Positions 26,060 through 29,539 of a stretch of 29,539 nucleotides of DNA are shown here, piece by piece. Position 1 is the first letter of the stretch, and each line of letters begins with the position of its first letter. The translations under genes were made by a program, and so were the position numbers. The stretch is from Deltaproteobacteria bacterium (lineage in GTDB: Bacteria > SAR324 > JACQKK01). Location of the stretch: the NCBI GenBank assembly GCA_029879595.1, contig JAOUPZ010000001.1, forward strand, positions 1-29,539, read 5' to 3'. A model generated the notes under the pieces. That model worked only from the letters and a program-made list of their open reading frames with translations, had not been told where the DNA came from and made no database searches.

Positions 26060-27313
26060 TCAGAACAGCAGCAGACCAAGCAGGGTCAGCCAGCCAATGG
26101 CCCCCAGCCGCACCAGGGCCTCGGTGAGGGCCTCCGCGCCGCTGAACTGGGCGCTCAGGTGCCCCGCGATGAACAGCACCCCCACGCCGAGCATGAAGGG
26201 CTGAAGCCGGACCAGCCTGTCGCATCCGCGCCCCGGCAGCCCGCACAGCAGCCGCACCGCTTCCGGCAGGGCCAGCAGGAACAGGAACACCATGGCCGCA
26301 GTGTTGCCCAGCAGGAAGTACTCCTGCGGCGGAGCCCCCCGCGCCACCCGCACCGCTGTGAACAACAGCGCCAGCCCGGACAGCAGCCAGCCCAGCCGGG
26401 ACAATGGCGGAAGAGACTGTGCGGGGAGAGCCTGTGCAGAAAGGGCCTGTGGCGGGCGTATTTCATCCGGGCTATCTGCCGGGCTATCTGCCGGGCTATC
26501 CGGTGCGGGCAGGCCCCGCAGGGCACCCCACAGTTCACCCGGCACCAGGGGCAGTCCCAGCCACAGGGCGCACAGGCCGGCCACGGCCAGCCCCAGCCAG
26601 ATCTTTATGCCCGCCGGGCCGTCCTCCAGCATCCCCGCGGCCACCAGCATCACGCCCGCACCCGCGGTGAACGCCGGCAGGTAATACCTTAACAGCGACT
26701 GAGTAGCGGGACCGGCCCTGCGCTCCCGTTCCCCCGGCTTCAGCATCTCCTGGGTAAACAGGGGCAGTACGAACAGGAATCCCCCGGAAAGCAGGTGCAC
26801 CACAATGGTGCGGGCGTTGTAAATGCCGTAGTCGCCCGTCAGGGCGTCCATGACCAGCAGGGCACCCAGCCCCACCGCCACCAGCAGCCCGGCCACCGGC
26901 AGGTGGCTCCACAGGTGACGGTTCAGCCCCGGCCCCCGCCGCCTGACCGCCAGCACACCGTGCGCCACCAGCAGCCCCACCGCCGTGGGGACGAAATAAT
27001 GCCCTCCCCAGTAGACCATCTCCGGGTTGTGGATCATCAGGCCCGCCACCATGATCAGCACCCCGCCCAACTGGCAAACCAGCGCCAGCGTCAGCAGACG
27101 CCGCCGGGGGGAGTCCGTGCCGTATAGCGCAACCCAGCGCTGCTCGAGCAGCGGGTAGGCGCTGCCCAGCAATACCCCCAGGGTGAGAAGATGGGTGAAC
27201 GGCGGCAGCCAGGGATGCCCAAAGCCCACCCGCAATATCTCCGGCCGCCAGATCAACAGCCCCATGGCCAGCCCCGCAAATCCAAATGCCCCCCTGATAA
27301 ACCATGCCCTCAT
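26060..27313 (-). CDS. Polytopic membrane protein with intramembrane His residues, function unknown
   Basis: About 11-12 hydrophobic segments. His in or next to TMs (FTHLLTLG, GGHYF, VAHG, SHLP, VHLLSGG). ATG 27313. Confidence 0.75.
   Translation of the reverse strand: MRAWFIRGAFGFAGLAMGLLIWRPEILRVGFGHPWLPPFTHLLTLGVLLGSAYPLLEQRWVALYGTDSPRRRLLTLALVCQLGGVLIMVAGLMIHNPEMVYWGGHYFVPTAVGLLVAHGVLAVRRRGPGLNRHLWSHLPVAGLLVAVGLGALLVMDALTGDYGIYNARTIVVHLLSGGFLFVLPLFTQEMLKPGERERRAGPATQSLLRYYLPAFTAGAGVMLVAAGMLEDGPAGIKIWLGLAVAGLCALWLGLPLVPGELWGALRGLPAPDSPADSPADSPDEIRPPQALSAQALPAQSLPPLSRLGWLLSGLALLFTAVRVARGAPPQEYFLLGNTAAMVFLFLLALPEAVRLLCGLPGRGCDRLVRLQPFMLGVGVLFIAGHLSAQFSGAEALTEALVRLGAIGWLTLLGLLLF
26467..26502. 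repeat. 12-nt in-frame tandem repeat x3 encoding DSPA
   Basis: ccgggctatctg ccgggctatctg ccgggctatccg. Adjacent to a degenerate 15-nt repeat (~26405-26450) encoding QALSA QALPA QSLPP. Confidence 0.9.
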
Positions 27314-27774
27314 CAACCGGCTCTCCAGACAACGTGTTGTGCCTTGTTATACATATAACCCCACCGCAGGGATGACCTCGCCCCGGAGGCACTTCACGGG
27401 GCAGACCGGCAGATATCATCTGGAAAAATCATACGGTTAATGCGCCCCCATGTCATCCAAGGACGAAAAAAGAAGACGCGCCGGAGCAGGAGGGGGCCGC
27501 GTTTCCCGCAGGAGGGATATCCGGATGATTTCTTTCGGTTTGAGTTTTCCCGTTAAAACCTGTTAAATAAATCTAGGGGTAAATTAATTAAAGCAGAGGG
27601 AAATTTGCAGTGAACCGGAAGGTAGTACATGTCCAAAAGGAATGTTACAGCCGGAGCGTTTCCTGTATGTCTTTAATGTTTAAATAAGCGGGAAAAGGTC
27701 AAAGAAAATATTCCGGCCAACGCTCCAGGTATAACAAAACGGGAAAAACCGAGCATCCTGCGGGAGGCCGCAAT

Positions 27775-28677
27775 ATGCCGGAAGTTTTGAAGAATCTGCT
27801 GGTATTCCCATCCCGGGAGCGGCTTTCCGGATTAGTGGACAGGATTTTGGGGATGAATCCCCACCTGTTCACCGGACCGGGCACCAACACCTACCTGGTG
27901 GGGCCGCAAAGCAGCCAGCCCCTGCTGATAGACACCGGCTCCGGCGAGCCCGCCTGGCTGGAGCTCCTCAAAGAACACCTGAAGGAACTGGACGGGGGGC
28001 ACCTCAGGCCGACCCGCTGCCTGCTCACCCACGGGCACGGCGATCATGTGGGGGGGCTGAACCAGCTTCAGGAGACCTTCCGGGGGCTGGAATACCGCAA
28101 ATACCCCTGGCCCGGACAGGATGACGACCTGAACGGCGCGCCAATTAAGCCGCTACAGGACGGAGAGGTGATCAGCGGCCCCGGATATACCCTCAGGGCC
28201 ATACACACCCCCGGGCACTCCCCGGACCACATGTGCTTCCTTTTGGAGGAGGAGCAGGCCCTTTTCACCGGCGACATGGTGCTGGGCTTGGGCACCAGCT
28301 TCATCCCCCGCGAAGGGGGAAGCCTGAGCGACTACCTGAAATCCCTCCGGCTGCTCCAGGAGCTGCCCCTGAAAACCATCTATCCCGGTCATGGGCCGGT
28401 GATACACAATCCCCGCGAAAAACTCAGCTTCTACCTGCGACACCGCATGGAGCGCGAGTGGGAAATTCTCAACCTGATCCGGGAGGGGCCGGGAACAGTG
28501 ACCGAACTGGTGAAGGAGATCTACCGGGACTACCCGCCCGAACTGTACCTGGCCGCCGCCCAGACCGTGCAGGCCCACCTGGACAAGCTGCTGGAGGACG
28601 GCCGGGTGGAAGCCAGCGATGACTCTCCGCACCGCTACTTCATCCGCCTGGGTGGAAGCGGTCCGCCAATCGCCTGA
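27775..28677 (+). CDS. MBL-fold metallohydrolase, LACTB2-like, with C-terminal winged helix
   Basis: GGGAGG SD. NPHLFTGPGTNTYLVG, LIDTG, THGHGDH, HTPGHSPDH, LFTGD, YPGHG, AHLDKL. Confidence 0.92.
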   Translation: MPEVLKNLLVFPSRERLSGLVDRILGMNPHLFTGPGTNTYLVGPQSSQPLLIDTGSGEPAWLELLKEHLKELDGGHLRPTRCLLTHGHGDHVGGLNQLQETFRGLEYRKYPWPGQDDDLNGAPIKPLQDGEVISGPGYTLRAIHTPGHSPDHMCFLLEEEQALFTGDMVLGLGTSFIPREGGSLSDYLKSLRLLQELPLKTIYPGHGPVIHNPREKLSFYLRHRMEREWEILNLIREGPGTVTELVKEIYRDYPPELYLAAAQTVQAHLDKLLEDGRVEASDDSPHRYFIRLGGSGPPIA

Positions 28678-28832
28678 ATCTGGAAGGTGGGCTTGCCGGC
28701 CCAGACGGGCTATGATGCCCTTTGGGGGGCACTAACCGACCGGGTCAGACAGCTCCGGAAACAGCCGGCAAACCCGGTCAGACCTGAAAACCAGGTAAGC
28801 AGAATACCTGCCAGGAAGGGACGGAAACAGGC

Positions 28833-29539
28833 ATGACCGAATACTCCACACGCCGCCGGGGCGCACCCGGTGCTGCGATTAAATGCGCCCAGGGTACCGC
28901 AGGGGGCGGGCCTGCCAGCAGCGCCGCCGGGATAAAATGGAACCTGGAAGACCTGTACCGGAGCCCCGACGACGCGGCCATCGCTTCCGATACGGAGCGG
29001 GCCCACCGGCTGGCCGGGGAATTTTCGCAAAAATACCGGGGGCGGGTGGCCGCGCTTTCCGCGGCGGAACTGGCCGGAGCCCTGGCCGAGCACGAGGCGC
29101 TCACCGCCGGCATCATCCGGCCGCTGATCTTCTCCCACCTGCGCTTTGCCGCCGACACGGCCACCCCGGCCCATGGGGCGCGCCTGCAGGCGGCCCGTGA
29201 GCAATACACCCTGGCCCACGAGAAGGTGATCTTCTTCGACCTGGAATGGCAGGCCCTGGATGAAAAGCGGGCCGGGGAACTGCTGGCTGACCCCGCCCTG
29301 GAAAAATACCGCCACCACCTGGAGCGGGTGCGCGTGCAGGCCCCCTACACCCTGGGGGAGGCCGAGGAGCGCATCCTCTCGGTGAAGGACAACACCGGAC
29401 GGGGAGCCTTCCAGAGGCTCTTCGATGAAACGGTGAGCGCCATGCGCTGCGACCTGGGGGCGGGAACCCCGGACGGCCCCCGGGGCGAGATCACCCTGGA
29501 ACAGGCCCTCAGCGAACTCTACCGCCCGGACCGCAGTCG
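28833..29539 (+). CDS. pepF: M3B oligoendopeptidase F family protein, 5' part (runs off the window)
   Basis: Not in the ORF track. Hand translation from ATG 28833 is open to the end: WNLEDLY, HLRFAADT, FFDLEW, LEKYRHHLERVR..PYTLGEAEERIL, FQRLFDE. Confidence 0.88.
   Translation, partial: MTEYSTRRRGAPGAAIKCAQGTAGGGPASSAAGIKWNLEDLYRSPDDAAIASDTERAHRLAGEFSQKYRGRVAALSAAELAGALAEHEALTAGIIRPLIFSHLRFAADTATPAHGARLQAAREQYTLAHEKVIFFDLEWQALDEKRAGELLADPALEKYRHHLERVRVQAPYTLGEAEERILSVKDNTGRGAFQRLFDETVSAMRCDLGAGTPDGPRGEITLEQALSELYRPDRS

Noticed and set aside
28710-29318. Minus-strand ORFs 28710-29318 and 28778-29209 from the track
   Set aside because: Antisense to the pepF-like frame starting at 28833, which the track missed because it has no stop in the window.

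Overview
A 29.5-kb stretch of a GC-rich Gram-negative chromosome. A deltaproteobacterial/SAR324-like origin is my tentative inference from the gene repertoire. Most of it is housekeeping: FKBP PPIase, argF, a heme-c chemoreceptor, two small beta-barrel OMPs, a SPOR protein, the pstS-pstC-pstA-pstB-phoU operon, an SQR-like flavoprotein, TraB/PrgY, mpl (split by a 1-nt frameshift), surE, argE, chaC, a His-rich membrane protein, a LACTB2-like MBL hydrolase and a pepF-like gene running off the end. No tRNA, rRNA, CRISPR array, integrase or transposase was seen. Five things stand out: (1) an orphan two-gene phage-tail cassette (1052-4190) with no other phage gene nearby, made of a miniaturised tape-measure protein and a tail-hub-like protein fused to an Asp-box beta-propeller; (2) a polarised 10 x 16-nt tandem array (18190-18349) between a Pho-box-like promoter and the pstS start codon; (3) a well-matched sigma28 promoter about 510 nt upstream of the CxxCH chemoreceptor; (4) a single-base deletion in the mpl P-loop; (5) altered ornithine-site motifs in ArgF. 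Start codons were re-chosen by hand from RBS and homology. Family assignments come from motif recognition, not database searches.
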